DNA of 64,000 bases from the NCBI RefSeq assembly GCF_006345805.1, contig NC_042998.1, forward strand, positions 43,896,001 to 43,960,000, given 5' to 3'. Shown in pieces: positions 51,357 to 63,600 of the stretch; the first letter of the stretch is position 1, and every line of letters begins with the position of its first letter. The stretch comes from Octopus sinensis (lineage: Eukaryota). The notes under the pieces are model-generated. The model was not told where the DNA came from. It searched no databases and was given only the letters and a program-made list of their open reading frames with translations. The translations under genes were made by a program, and so were the position numbers.

Positions 51357-51913
51357 TTTCTTCTTCTTCTTCTTCTTCTTCTTCTTCTTCTTCTTCTTCT
51401 TCCTCCTCCTCCTCCTCTTACCCCCCTCCTCCCCTCTTCTTCTTCTTCTTCTTCTTTTTCTTCTTCTTCTTTTTCTTCTTCTTCTTTTTCTTCTTCTTCT
51501 TCTTCTTCTTCTTCCTCCTCTTACCCCTCCTCCTCCCCCTCTTCTTCTTCTTTTTCTTCTTTTTCTTCTTTTTCTTCTTCTTCTTCTTCTTCTTCTTCTT
51601 TTTCTTCTTCTTCTTCTTCTTCTTCCTCCTCTTACCCCTCCTCCTCCCCTCTTCTTCTTCTTTTTCTTCTTTTCTTCTTCTTCTTCTTCTTCTTCGTCTT
51701 CTTCCTCCTCCTCCTCCTCCCCCTCTTCTTCTTCTTCTTCTTCTTCCTTCTCCTCCTCCTCCTCCCCCTCTTCTTCTTCTTCTTCTTCTTCTTCCTTCTC
51801 CTCCTCCTCCTCCTCCCCTCTTCTTCTTCTTCTTCTTCTTCCCCCTCCTCCCCCCCATCCCCCTCTTCTTTTTCTTCTTCTTCTTCTTCTTCTTCTTCTT
51901 CTTCTTCTTCTTC
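51357..51913. repeat. ~560-bp polypyrimidine (CTT/CCT)n tract with higher-order repetition
   Basis: Almost only C/T on +; landmark ctcttacccc recurs with its A at 51420, 51523 and 51634. Confidence 0.95.
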
Positions 51914-52044
51914 ATTGTCATCATAAAATATCAGATTATTCATTTACAAAGACAGAAAAAGGGGGTGCGGGAGAGAAAGACGGAGAAAAAGAAAAATTGG
52001 AAAAAAGAAAACAAAGAAAATAAAGGGGGAAAAGGAGAGACAAT

Positions 52045-53272
52045 TCACAGCGACAATGCTCTCCTCAATACGTGTGACGTACCAGTTAAGACAATCTTTT
52101 GCACTTCCTGCGTGGACGGTAAGCCAGAGATCATCCTCAAATAATTTTCAGTTTCTTTTTTGATCATTCCAAGTGAGAATTCCTAATTCTTTCGCTTTCA
52201 ATCAGCAAAATCTTTATATTTTCTGAGCTTATCAAATTCTTTCGTCGAGATATTATGATCACAAGGTATACTCAAGTCAATTAATAAACATATTTTATTT
52301 TCTTGCTCTTTCGCAACAATATCTAGTTTATTAGCTTTGACGGTCCGATCTGAATGCACTGGTACGTTCCAAATAGTCGTTACATTTACACCCTCAGTTA
52401 CAGCCTCAGGGTGGTGCCTCTACTATTTGTCAGCAGTTTTGATTTTATATAAGCCGACATATTATCCTGTGCAGATATTGGCCAAGATTGTCATGTTTTA
52501 ATTTATACTCTACTAGTGTTAAAAAACCTTACACCCTGAGATTAGGTGGTCCACTGTTTCAATCTTATCGTTGCAGTATCGGCACTTTGGGTTTACTCCG
52601 TTTTTCCTCACATTGGCTTGGTAGTTCTGGATCAATAAGCTCTGATCTTGAGTAGCTAAAATAAAGCCTTTACTTTTTGCCTTTAGCGCTGAACTCCGTA
52701 GCCACTGATAGGTGTGCTTCTGGCTTACATCAGCTTTGTTGCCTCAGGCCACACATTTGATATGCAGAGGTTTTTGTTCCCAACTATCAGCCAAATGTTC
52801 AAAAGATTTTTGCTTTACCATTGATTTCACCTTCTTTGCAACAACAGTTGCCACACTTCCATCTTGCTCTTCAACCTGGGTATTATGCATAAACTCATTA
52901 GCAAACATTTTGTTCTCGTTCGTGAAAGAATGGAGCTTCTTATGTCTCTCGTGGGTTTTAACGAGTTTTAGCATCCAGTCGCATGATGTTTCAAGATATT
53001 TGGCCCGTCCAGTTATGGTGGTTTAGTATAAAATTTCAAATTGGGTCAAACCTCAACCTCCTTGGGCTTTGTGGAAGGTAAAGACGATCTGCGCCTTTGG
53101 GTTATGCATGTTATTGCAAGTTTTCAGCTTATGGATCTTTCTGTGAATGTTCCTTATGTCGCTCAAATTCCAGTCAAACACATTGAAACTATAACAAATG
53201 GAACTGCTAAGGAATTTATGTCTACCACCTTGTAATATGCATTTAACTCAGATTTTAGGACTGCTCGAACAT
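52045..53272 (-). mobile_element. Degenerate 5'-truncated R4/Dong-type retrotransposon, family F
   Basis: VRAVLKSELNA, QWLRSSALK..KGFILATQDQ, CRYCNDKIETVDHLISGC knuckle, CLLIDLSIP, QKIVLTGTSHVLRRALSL* (stop 52045-47). Confidence 0.85.
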
Positions 53273-53305
53273 TAGTATTATTATCATTATTATCGTTATT
53301 ATTAT

Positions 53306-53420
53306 TTCCCTTAATCTCAGGTTTTGTTGGAGCTCCTGGAGTCTTACATGCGTAGAGGGCTTTCTATCTGCAGCCCACGGTACCATGCTATCCATTCTTT
53401 GCGGCTATCTAATACTTTTC
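53306..53420 (-). mobile_element. R4/Dong-type 3' end, family E (continues at 54681-54689 across the mariner)
   Basis: Removing the mariner restores RVIRKVLDS plus the family E 3' UTR between (AAT)n tracts. Confidence 0.75.
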
Positions 53421-53422
53421 TA

Positions 53423-54678
53423 TAAGGTCGTCAAGTATGAAATTTGTAGTAAGGTGTATGGTAAATTTTGACAGCTGCTCATTTTGCAACATTATTATAT
53501 TTTGACAATCTTTATTTTTTATCAGAAAGCTGACGCATCTATTTCTTTATTCTAACACATTTTGCGTTTTATAAAGTATTTATAAATCGTTTTTTTGCTA
53601 TTTTTCTTTAGAGATGGATAAGTCTGAAATTCGTACAGTTTTGAAATATGAGTTCTTTCTTGGAAATACAGCATCACAGACAGCTTAGACTATTAAGGGA
53701 GTATTTCATTCTAACATTATTACACAGCAGACAGTATTAAATTGGGGGTGCAAAATTTAGTTCTGATAACTCTGACCACACAAATGAGCAACGCGGTCGA
53801 CCAGAAACAAAGGTGGATAATGACAAACTGAAAGCCACCGTCGAGTCAGATCCATCTCAAAGCGCCCTTGAATTATCGTTGTTGTTCAAGCAAGCAAACA
53901 ATATTGACTCACCTAGTTCAAAACGGTAAAGTGAAAAGGTTGGATAAGTGGGTTCCACATGAACTCAATGAAAATCAGAAACAGCAACGTTTGGATGCCT
54001 GCATTATGCTACTTTCTCATCACAAAAATGAATCATTTTTGAGAAATGGATCCAATACAACAACCGTAAACTTTCAGCACATTGATTGGACAAAGGTGAG
54101 CCACCAAAACAGTCCAAAAATCAAAATTCATCAAAAGAAGCCGATGGTGTGTATTTGGTGATCTGGCCGAAGTGTGATCCATTATAATTTCATTAAACCT
54201 GGCTCAGCAATCAAGGCCGAAGTACACTGCAGCCAACTGGACCAAATGATGCAGAAACTTACAAAAAGCAGCCTAAATTAGTCAACAGATCCACTTCTAT
54301 TTTATTGCAAGGCAACGCTACACTACAGATCGCAAAAATGACATTGGCAAAACTACAGGAGTTGGTGTTGGAAGTTCTCTATCATCTATCAAACTCACCA
54401 GAACTTGCCCCCCACAGACTGCCACCACTTCCAGTATTTTGGATAACTTTTAATAGGAGAGAAATTTAATTCTGACGATTAAAACAAGCCTTCCAAAATT
54501 TTATTGACTCTAGATTGCCAAGCTTTTACAGTTACGGACTGGATAAGCTACTGCTGAAATGGCAAAAGTGTATTGAAAATATAGTTGCATACTTTGATGA
54601 ATAAAACTATTCCTTGTATTTATAAAACATTAGCAAACTTACTTTTCTTTTCTACAAATTTCATACTTGACGACCTAA
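53423..54678 (+). mobile_element. Full-length mariner transposon, transposase pseudogenised
   Basis: 27-bp TIRs (53423-53449 / 54652-54678, 1 mismatch), TA duplication at 53421-22 and 54679-80; MDKSEIRTVLKYEF start, GRPETKVDNDKLKA, KWVPHEL at ~53946-53966; stops and frameshifts. Confidence 0.95.
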
Positions 54679-54759
54679 TAATTACTCTGATTATTATTAT
54701 TATTATTGTTAATAAATATTGTTATTGTTATTGTTATTATTATTATTATTAATATTATG

Positions 54760-54825
<66 letters not shown>

Positions 54826-54837
54826 GTTATTATTATT

Positions 54838-56438
54838 AAGTAGTTTTAATTTTATAGCGTACTTTCACTTCACTACCGAGCGCAGCTCTGTGTGCTTTGA
54901 GTATGTGCTGTGATTTGTTGTGATGCTCTGATGGTTATTGTATGGAAAGTGTTCTGCGTAGGATGTGTGCAGTGCCTAGTAGTGCAATTTTCTTTATGTT
55001 ATATGTGTTTGTAAGTCCTGGTGTTTTTGTTATGTATTTGTCTGAATATTTTTTTATCATGCCTAATGCACCTACTATGATAGAAATTGTTTCTGTTTTC
55101 AGATTCCACATTCTAGTTACCTCTATTTCCAGGTCTTTGTATTTTGAGAGTTTCTCCATTTCTTTTAGAGACACGTTGTCATCAGCCGGTATTGATACAT
55201 CAATTAGAAAGCATTTTTTCCTTCATGGTCTCTGACAACTATATCTGGTCTGTTGGGCTTAATTTCTCTGTCTGTGTGTATCGGCATATCCCAGAGTATG
55301 GTTGCTTTCTCGTTTTCTGTGACCTTTTCTGGTGTGTGCCTATACCATCTTTTTTCTGTTGTTATTCCATAATGTTGGCATAGCTTCCAATGTATGTAGG
55401 TTCCAACTCTGTCATGTCTGTGAATATATTCCTTCTTAGCCAGGACTGGGCAGCTAGAGCTAATATGATTTATTGTTTCTTGTCCATCTCCACATATTCT
55501 GCAGTTACTTGTTATATTTCTTTTCATTACATGTTTTTGGTAATTACTGGTTGGGAATCTTTGGTCTTGTGCTGCAATTAAAAATCCCTCAGTTCTGCTT
55601 TGAGTCCTGAGCTTCTCAACCATTGCTGGGAATTTCTTTGTCTATTTCTTTTGCGTTTAGTTTAGTCCAGTATTACCATGAAGGGGCTTTTCTTGCCATC
55701 GTTTTATCATGGTTCGTTGCTGTTCTATTTTTAGTTTGGATTTCATGTTTTATAGCTTTTGTTGTTTCTCCATCTTCTTCTTCTTCTTCATGTTTATTAG
55801 GTGGTATGATTTCTTGTTTGTATTGTCAGCTTCCTTAAATACTGAGAACAGTTTTTTGTTTTGCTCGTGTTTTGCCGCTATCTGGATCAGTTTTCCTTCC
55901 TTCTGAAGTAGATATTTTTGCAGTCCTATGATGGTTATTTATAGTAGTTTTCCAGCTGTATAAGGCCTCTACCACCTTCTATACGTTGTATATATAGTCT
56001 TTCTATGTCAGATTTTGGGTGATGCATTCTAGATCCTGTCATTATTTTTCTTGTTTTCCTATCTATTTTGGTCAGTTCATTTCGTGTCCAGTTAAGGATA
56101 TTGTAGCTGTAACTTATAACTGGGACAGCTAAAGTGTTGATACCTATTATCTTGTTTTTAGCATTGAGCTCTGTGTTTAGTATTGATCTAACTCGTCTAT
56201 AATATTCTTTTTTTATTTTCTCTTTCATTTGTGTGTGTTGTGTCTTATCTAGTTCATGGATTCCTAAGTATTTGTAAGTTTGGCTTTGGTCTAATTCTTT
56301 TATTTCATTGGTTTTATCTAGTGTGATGTTGTTACTCTTAACTAGTTTTCCTCTTTTCATGAAAAAAAAACTAGTTAAGAGTAACAACACCGCACTAGAT
56401 AAAACCAATGAAATAAAAGAATTAGACCAAAGCCAAAC

Positions 56439-56441
<3 letters not shown>
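54838..56441 (-). mobile_element. 5'-truncated R4/Dong-type retrotransposon, family A, with a foldback 5' end
   Basis: YKYLG, RMHHPKSDIERLY..GGRGL, CRICGDGQETINHISSSC, RHD, PDIVV, stop at 54935, family A 3' UTR; (AAT)n on both sides. Confidence 0.95.
56275..56441. repeat. ~167-bp near-perfect palindrome at the element 5' junction
   Basis: Arms 56275-56359 and 56360-56441 meet at ttttcatgaaaa with no spacer. Confidence 0.95.
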
Positions 56442-56521
<80 letters not shown>

Positions 56522-56524
56522 TTA

Positions 56525-56914
56525 TGTTTGACTTTTGCTTTACAAGTTGGTTCCAAGTCTCACCCAGAGACCTCAAGAGACAACAAGTTGGAAGTTCATG
56601 TTGGTGTTATGCGTAGGGTGCCATATATTAGGTTTTGTACATAGTGTCATTCTAGAGATTGTTTAAGAAACCATAAGAAAATTATTTGTTTTTTTTAAAC
56701 TTGAGATTACATAGAAATTATTTTGCGTAGGATATAGGCAGTTCCCACGAGCACTATCTTTTGAATTTCTGCCATTTTGGGGTTTCCTGGTATCTGAGCT
56801 AAGTAGCAATCAGTCCCTTTTGCTATCATCCCCAGGGCACCTATGACAACAGGTATTGTTTTAGTCTTCAGGTTCCACATTTATGCTAATTTCTATTTCA
56901 AGATCTTTATACTT
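56525..56914 (-). mobile_element. R4/Dong-type 3' fragment, family D
   Basis: KYKDLEIEIS..WNLKTKTIPVVIGALG...QKIVLVGTAYILRK (frameshifted) plus its own 3' UTR; (AAT)n on both sides. Confidence 0.85.
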
Positions 56915-56917
56915 ATT

Positions 56918-56960
<43 letters not shown>

Positions 56961-56968
56961 TTATTATT

Positions 56969-57506
56969 GAGTGAGAGTGCAGTGCATGCCATCAAAGTGA
57001 CACTGGGGTAAGATATACGAAGCCCAGTATACCCATCATGACTACCCGTCTGATAAAGGTACACTAGGCACATGCGTCACAACCTTATGTGCGCAATATG
57101 GTGATCTCATATCAAGATAAACAGCACATGACCTTGCAGGTGGGGCCCAGTTAGAATTTTCTTCTGGTCGAGTAACCCATCCCGCTCAAAAGGTTCATGA
57201 ATAAGGGTTGTTTAAGGATGTTGAACGAAACACCCATGTTTCCAGAGGTGAATTATTGAAACCCCAAACAATCCCTCTCAACACATGGCTATGATGCTCC
57301 CCTACTACTGCTCGTGATCAGAGATGCATATATTTTCAGTCACTGATTAAGGTCAAACAACTGACAAGCAAATCTGTGGTACTGAGCAGAATGTTTGCTG
57401 TAGCCCATCTTTCATACCAAGACTAAACAATGTACATGATAACACTTCCAATCAGTTAAGATCAGAAGCCAAGAGAGCCACTGCTTGGTACTGTATTAGG
57501 GCATTT
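56969..57506 (-). mobile_element. ~540-bp non-coding interspersed element inside (AAT)n, copy 2
   Basis: Reverse complement of 30912-31470 with a short internal deletion. Confidence 0.85.
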
Positions 57507-57525
57507 ATTATTATTATTATTATTA

Positions 57526-57567
<42 letters not shown>

Positions 57568-57618
57568 TATTATTATTATTATTATTATTATTTTATTATT
57601 ATTATATTATTATTATTA

Positions 57619-57649
<31 letters not shown>

Positions 57650-57668
57650 TTATTATTATTATTATTAA

Positions 57669-57714
<46 letters not shown>
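57507..57714. repeat. (TTA)n tract of ~210 bp
   Basis: Interrupted TTA repeats between two elements. Confidence 0.95.
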
Positions 57715-57717
<3 letters not shown>

Positions 57718-58842
57718 TAGTTTTAATTTTATAGCGTGCTTTCACTTCACTACCGAGCGCAGCTCTGTGTGCCTTGGGTATGTGCTGTGATTTGTTGTGA
57801 TGCTCTGATGGTTATTGTATGGAAAGTGTTCTGCGTAGGATGTGTGCAGTGCCTAGTAGTGCAATTTTCTGTATGTTATATGTGTTTGTAAGTCCTGGTG
57901 TTTTTGTTATGTATTTGTCTGAATATTTTTTTATCATGCCTAATGCACCTACTATGATAGGATTTTATTTTTTATATTATCATAATCATTAGGCTCCCCT
58001 TCGTTGTTTACATTGTGTCTGTTGGGAATGTTGCGTTTGTCTTCGTGTTTTACAGTTTCAGTGTTTATATTATTGGGCATTGTTGTGTGGCTTCTATCTA
58101 CATTTTCCTGGTGTATGTTTTCTTTTAGGTGTTCTATTTCTATTTCTGATATTTTTTTGTGTTGAGAATGTATCTTCGTACGTTAGCTAATTTATTAGGG
58201 TTCATTGCTGTATCCAAGTCTATATCTCTATTATTTTCCTTCCATATTTTATATGTATGTGTTGTTGTATTTTCATTTTTTGGGTAGAGCACTGCTGTGA
58301 AGTATGCGTGTAAGATAGAAATGTATTCCTCACGTGTCCATTTACGTCTTTTGGGTTTTATTTGTGGGACATGAGGTACAACGTCCGGCCCATTATTTTG
58401 ACGGTCGTCATTTTCGTAGGGTATCGGTCCGTTTATTTCTGTTGTCACATTATTTCGCACGTGTAGTTTTTCGTACATTTTTTGTTGTAAGTTTAATGTA
58501 CGTACCGCTCGATTGTTATTCTTGGGTTGAATAGTATCGGTGGCATTTAATTTCTTCGTAGTTCCTTTGTACATGGTGTTTGGGGTCGGAGATGATCGTG
58601 ATGTTCCACGCATGTTTATATGTGTTGCGTTAGAGGTGGAGATGATATCGAGTCAAAATACATCATTTCGTTTCGAAAATAGTAATAAATTTCAATTAGT
58701 ATTACTTATTCGGATACAGTCCAATTCTTTGTTAGTAAAACTTTGGCTCCATACGATGTCCTTGTTTTCGATGTTCGTGGATAGATTTCGAAGCTCTGAA
58801 TTTTCCTTCTTACATCTTAAACGTCCCCCGGTGTTCTTCCTC
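57715..58842 (-). mobile_element. Internally deleted R4/Dong-type element (5'-proximal region fused to family A 3' end)
   Basis: N-terminal KRRKWTREEYISILHAYF...TYKIWKE...KLANVRRYI motif (ORF 58140-58613) joined near 57960 to IIVGALG...RRTLSIQ plus the family A 3' UTR; (AAT)n at both ends. Confidence 0.8.
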
Positions 58843-58856
58843 TATTATTATTATTA

Positions 58857-58917
<61 letters not shown>

Positions 58918-59249
58918 CGTTATGTGTATTCCCCCATATTACTCTTATGATAAGGTTATTGCTGTAAATATTCTGTTCTGATTTCAAGCTACAAGGAAGA
59001 AGCAATTTAATTTGTACAGGATGTCAATTCAATTCATTTACAGGATGACAATTCAATCGGTTAAAGTCTTTTCCTTCAGGTCTATTACTTCATAACAAAG
59101 CGTCAGCAAATCGTCATTTAACTCTTATCATTCTTTACTTCTTATCTTTCTTTATTTCTTATGTTCCTTTACTACTTATCTCTCTTTACCTCTTCCTTAG
59201 CTTTTATCATTCTTTTATCGTTGACTTGTTTCCGTAATTGTTCTACGGC

Positions 59250-59530
59250 CAGTGAAGGGTTTTAGTCGAATGAATCAATATCCAGTACGTATTCTATCGT
59301 CTCTTTTGTCGAACCGATGAGTTACGGGGTTGTAAGCAAACCAACCAGCACCGGTTGCCAAGTAGTGATGGGAGCAAACAGAAACATCAAGATGCACATA
59401 CACTCACAAACACTCGCACATACACATATATAAATGCAGAATACCAAATCTACTTACAAGGCTTTGGTCGACTCGGGGCTATAATAGAAGAAATACAGTA
59501 GAAATGAACCCGGAACCAGGTACCTGGGGA
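59250..59530 (-). mobile_element. SINE family 3, diverged
   Basis: gtcgaatgaatc..cagtac..ttctatcg.tctcttttgtcgaaccg...aaggctttggtcgactcggggctata. Confidence 0.55.
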
Positions 59531-60353
59531 ACAAAATTAGTTACGCCTCACATTACAATAGATTTTATCATTGCATTCCCGAGGCAGGAAACACACATAA
59601 GATTATGTAGTGTTACATATCTTACATCTAAAAAATGGTCGGGGCTTGTACCACTGGAAAGTATTTTTTCGTAGATTTGATGGATTAGAGCTGACCGGCA
59701 AGTAAACAGTAGCAAATATATAATAAGAATATATTATATGAGAAATAATGAATCTGAGGGCAATGGTAGCTGCAGCAATTCTTTTATAGAATATTTAATA
59801 GGCTAGCTCAATAACTTTGAGTAAAGCATATAACGCTTCGCGTTCTTATACTTTGTCAGAGAGTGAGAGGGAGAGAGAGAAAGAGAAAGAGAGAGAGAAA
59901 ATTTTGTTGTTACTCTGTTTATTAACCACAGAAGTTTGACATAAATGAATGATGTAGGGTGGTGTGGAGAGTTACGAAACGGCCGAAAGAAATGAGGTAC
60001 AAAGAGATAAAAAGTCGGTGATACGAGCTCATCATGTGAAGATGAAGCTATGATTGGGCAAGGGAGGTAAAAAGAGTCAATTCTTTAAGCCAGACAGAAA
60101 AGGAAGTGGTATTCTGGTAGAGTAGGTACAAAAAATGTGAGAAAAGAGCAAGTACACATACCCCTTAAATATTCAAGTATTTAAATATTTAAACAAAATG
60201 TAATTATGCATATTAATTTTAACGAATCCGGATTAGAGTGAATAACAACCAATACAGACTGAAATGACACAAAGCACAACGTACTGTCTGCAGCACCGCG
60301 CCAAGTTTTACCAACTTACTTTGACATGCATACTCATACAAATACGCACGTGC

Positions 60354-60389
<36 letters not shown>

Positions 60390-60554
60390 TTGTGTAGACC
60401 ATAAGGCACACATGATCTAAAAATATATCTTCTTTTCTTTTTACTCTTTTGAACATTGGATCTCGAAGCACACATAAAATTATAAATATTACCAAGGAAA
60501 TATTTATATACTATTAAGAATAAAGTTTCTAAATTGGACAAGGAAATTTTACAG

Positions 60555-60615
60555 ATTGCTTGGTCTAATGGTAGAATGCCCATCATCTTTACTGAAGATG
60601 TGGATTCGAGTCCAA
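60555..60615 (+). mobile_element. Isolated tRNA-like SINE head remnant
   Basis: tggtctaatggtagaatg (A-box-like) and ggattcgagtcc (B-box-like); no acceptor stem or anticodon arm of a real tRNA. Confidence 0.35.
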
Positions 60616-63600
60616 AAAGAGTTTTGACCTTAATGCTGTTATTTCTAGCTTTGTGTCTGCTTCGAGATTCACTGTTAAAAAGTAAGAGTGAAAGTACAAA
60701 TATGACCTCTACACGTGGATTCATTTTAACCGGGTGTAAAACATGAAGCGACAAAACAAAATTTACAAGCTATTATAATATTTTGGTGTTGCGACATAAG
60801 TTTGGTGTAGGAAACAAAAAGACTAAATTAAAAATCCGACATAGATATTAAATAAAACATGGGTATACTGCCTGATAATATATCCATTGGACAATATATT
60901 GCATTGGATCAATCATTTCATTAGGCTGGTCAAATAAGCTCATTATCTTCAAGACCGAAGAAAACGGCACTCGTTCAGATGGTATTAGATTCAAATTCAG
61001 CCGATTTGGAGAAAACGCATGGCAAGCGATGTAGTTAACCTATGTCTGTTAAGTATTGTGAAAAATCTTGTAAAGTGCTTTGAATAGGGAAAAACCCTTA
61101 GGGTTTTTTATTCTATGGACAGCTAGTTAGTAATAGAATAAAGTTACATTTTTCGGTTATCTTTATCGAGTTTATATTTTGCAATGTTTCTGTCAATCTA
61201 AGGCTTTAATAGACATAAAAATGTTCTAGGAGAAATTTCCACAAAAGTGTAACTCAGAGGTGTCTAACGTGAGATCACTTTGTTGGAAATCGAACCTCTT
61301 AATCGCAGAGCTGCGCCAGTTCCATATTCTCTTCGTTTGTTGTACAGTAGCATTATATCATTCAAAGTTAACATAACAAAGATAATAGTTTTCATATTAC
61401 TTGTCTTTGTGTAATATCCTCTAGCTTATGTCAACGAAATTGCGATTCATTTCCTCATTGTTTCTATTAGAAATTATTTGATGTTATCTGTGATAAGTAA
61501 ATTTCTACACAGGAAGGAAGCGCAATGTTGAAATCTGTTTTTGAAAAAGGTACTAAGCAAGTTGTCGTCGAGTTAGATTTTAAACAAACTATCCAGGATT
61601 TAAATTTTATATTTTATCAACTTGTAATAGAATCACAATCTATTATTCAGGTATTTTTAAGCATTTGTTGAAACAGCTTTAGCTTATTCGCATACTTACA
61701 CTGTCTATAAAGATAATTTTCTCAAAAAATGTTTAGCAACCATTTATTCAGTTCTCTCTGCTATGTTATGATTGGAGCAAATAATCATTATTGTAAACAT
61801 TCAAGTGAATAATAATTTTACTTTATTCCAATCGATTTGAGTTATAAATGAATTTAATAAACGCCGCTGTATAATGTTATCATTAAGCAATTTCTGAAGA
61901 ATTTTACTGTGAATTTTCAGTATTCAGTAACTAGAAAACGAAAACTCTTAAAACAAACTATATATATATTTTATGCCGCTTCACAGGAAATTTATATACG
62001 ACATTTATTTTGAAAAATAACTGCTGACATTGCACTCAACTATTTGTTAAGAAAGTATTATAGATTAAAAAAGACAGACAATTAAAATGGGGAAGTATTC
62101 GCAAAAAAGACAAAAAAAAAACAGTGACGCTTAAAGGCTGAAAGATGTTGTAATGTCATTAAAGGAAAGATTCGAAAATACGGCTGTGCGCTCATTTAAA
62201 GCTTCTTTCTTTTTTCGTATCTCTCTCTGAAATAGTGGTATAGAGTGATAGAAAGTAAGTGATTTCAAGACAACTGAGAAATAAGGGAGAATTAGCAAGG
62301 GAGATCGCTGGCGCCGGATTTTTTAATATTTTTGTAACTATCACCTATGGCAGTTTTTGTAAGTCGTAATTTGATTTCGGTCTTTTAGAATTCGTAGCAT
62401 CAACATGTTAACAAATCTTCAAATTTTATTTTATAGTCTTCCACATACATGAATCTTATTTTTATTAACCAAAATCTGTCTCAAATCATACCATATTCTC
62501 CTATGCAAGTTTGCTTGTATGCATAACCTAACGTGACCTCTATATTGTAAGCACAACTGACAGAAATAACAGCCGATAAACCCCTTTGCTCCCACAAAAA
62601 TATGTATGAGGACTACACTCACCACTGTAAGTTAACGAAACATTAATTAATTAACCAGATAATTACTAGATAGTAGGTAATCTTATGGTTCCTTTCAGCT
62701 ACACCTCGGCACATATGTGCTATATCTATAACCTGGAAAAAAGCCTTCTGTCTGTGAGAAGGAAAGTTAGCTTTTTGTGACCGAGAAACTAAATTTGTAT
62801 GGTGCTTACATTTCGCTAAATGACACTTGCCATAGATTGTTTTTAAAATTAATTACTTGATCATAATGTATAAAGCTACTTAAATAGATGACATACATTA
62901 CTTTATAAATGCACAATATCATTTTAAAAGCTACCTAAAGAAATTGTACATAAATGGTATCAGAATGGTCGAACGTAAAATCAATATTAATCATGAAACT
63001 CAGCCGTTGCTCTTATGCTGTGTTATATATCTGTTTATTTATTTCTTCATTTATTTATATTTTTGCATCTTTATTTATTGAATGAAAAAATAATCCTCTA
63101 GTTCTTAAAGACATCAGGATATTTACTAGGATAACGAAAGTGATGGTGTGGTGGTGGGCGGGATGATGATGATAATGATGATGAATTGAGGAAAGAAGAA
63201 AAGGGTAAGTTATTGAGCTGTATAAACTGAAGTCTCTACAGAAATCTTTGTGTAGGTGGTATGAGTGTATTTTTTATACGATTTCAGTAGAATATTTGAA
63301 CACGCTAAGATATATGGATTTGTTCCGAACGAGGTAATGTTATTTACGGATATCTACCTATATAAAAGCAGTGACTTTTGTTATTTACATATATAGGTTT
63401 TAACATTTTCGGTTTGTTACGGTGATTGTGCTTATAGCAGTGATAATTTTCTCTTTTCTTTCTTCCTCTACATTCGTATTTCCTAGTAAAAGTTTATAAA
63501 ATACGTACACCAATCATCTCTACTTAGGTGGTCAGAAATCTTGTGTATAACGTTCACACAACATTTTGTTTTTATTACCAGTAACAAAACAAATGCTTTT

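Noticed and set aside
51320-52144. Longest ORF in the track (274 aa)
   Set aside because: Reads through the CTT/CCT tract, which lacks stop codons; its end is the antisense of family F
54690-58916. CRISPR-like repeat-spacer array
   Set aside because: The repeats are variable-length AAT microsatellites and the spacers are retroelements; eukaryotic context, no cas genes
60308-60754. 148-aa minus-strand ORF and overlapping 70-aa plus-strand ORF
   Set aside because: No motifs; overlaps a tRNA-like SINE remnant and a (CA)n tract
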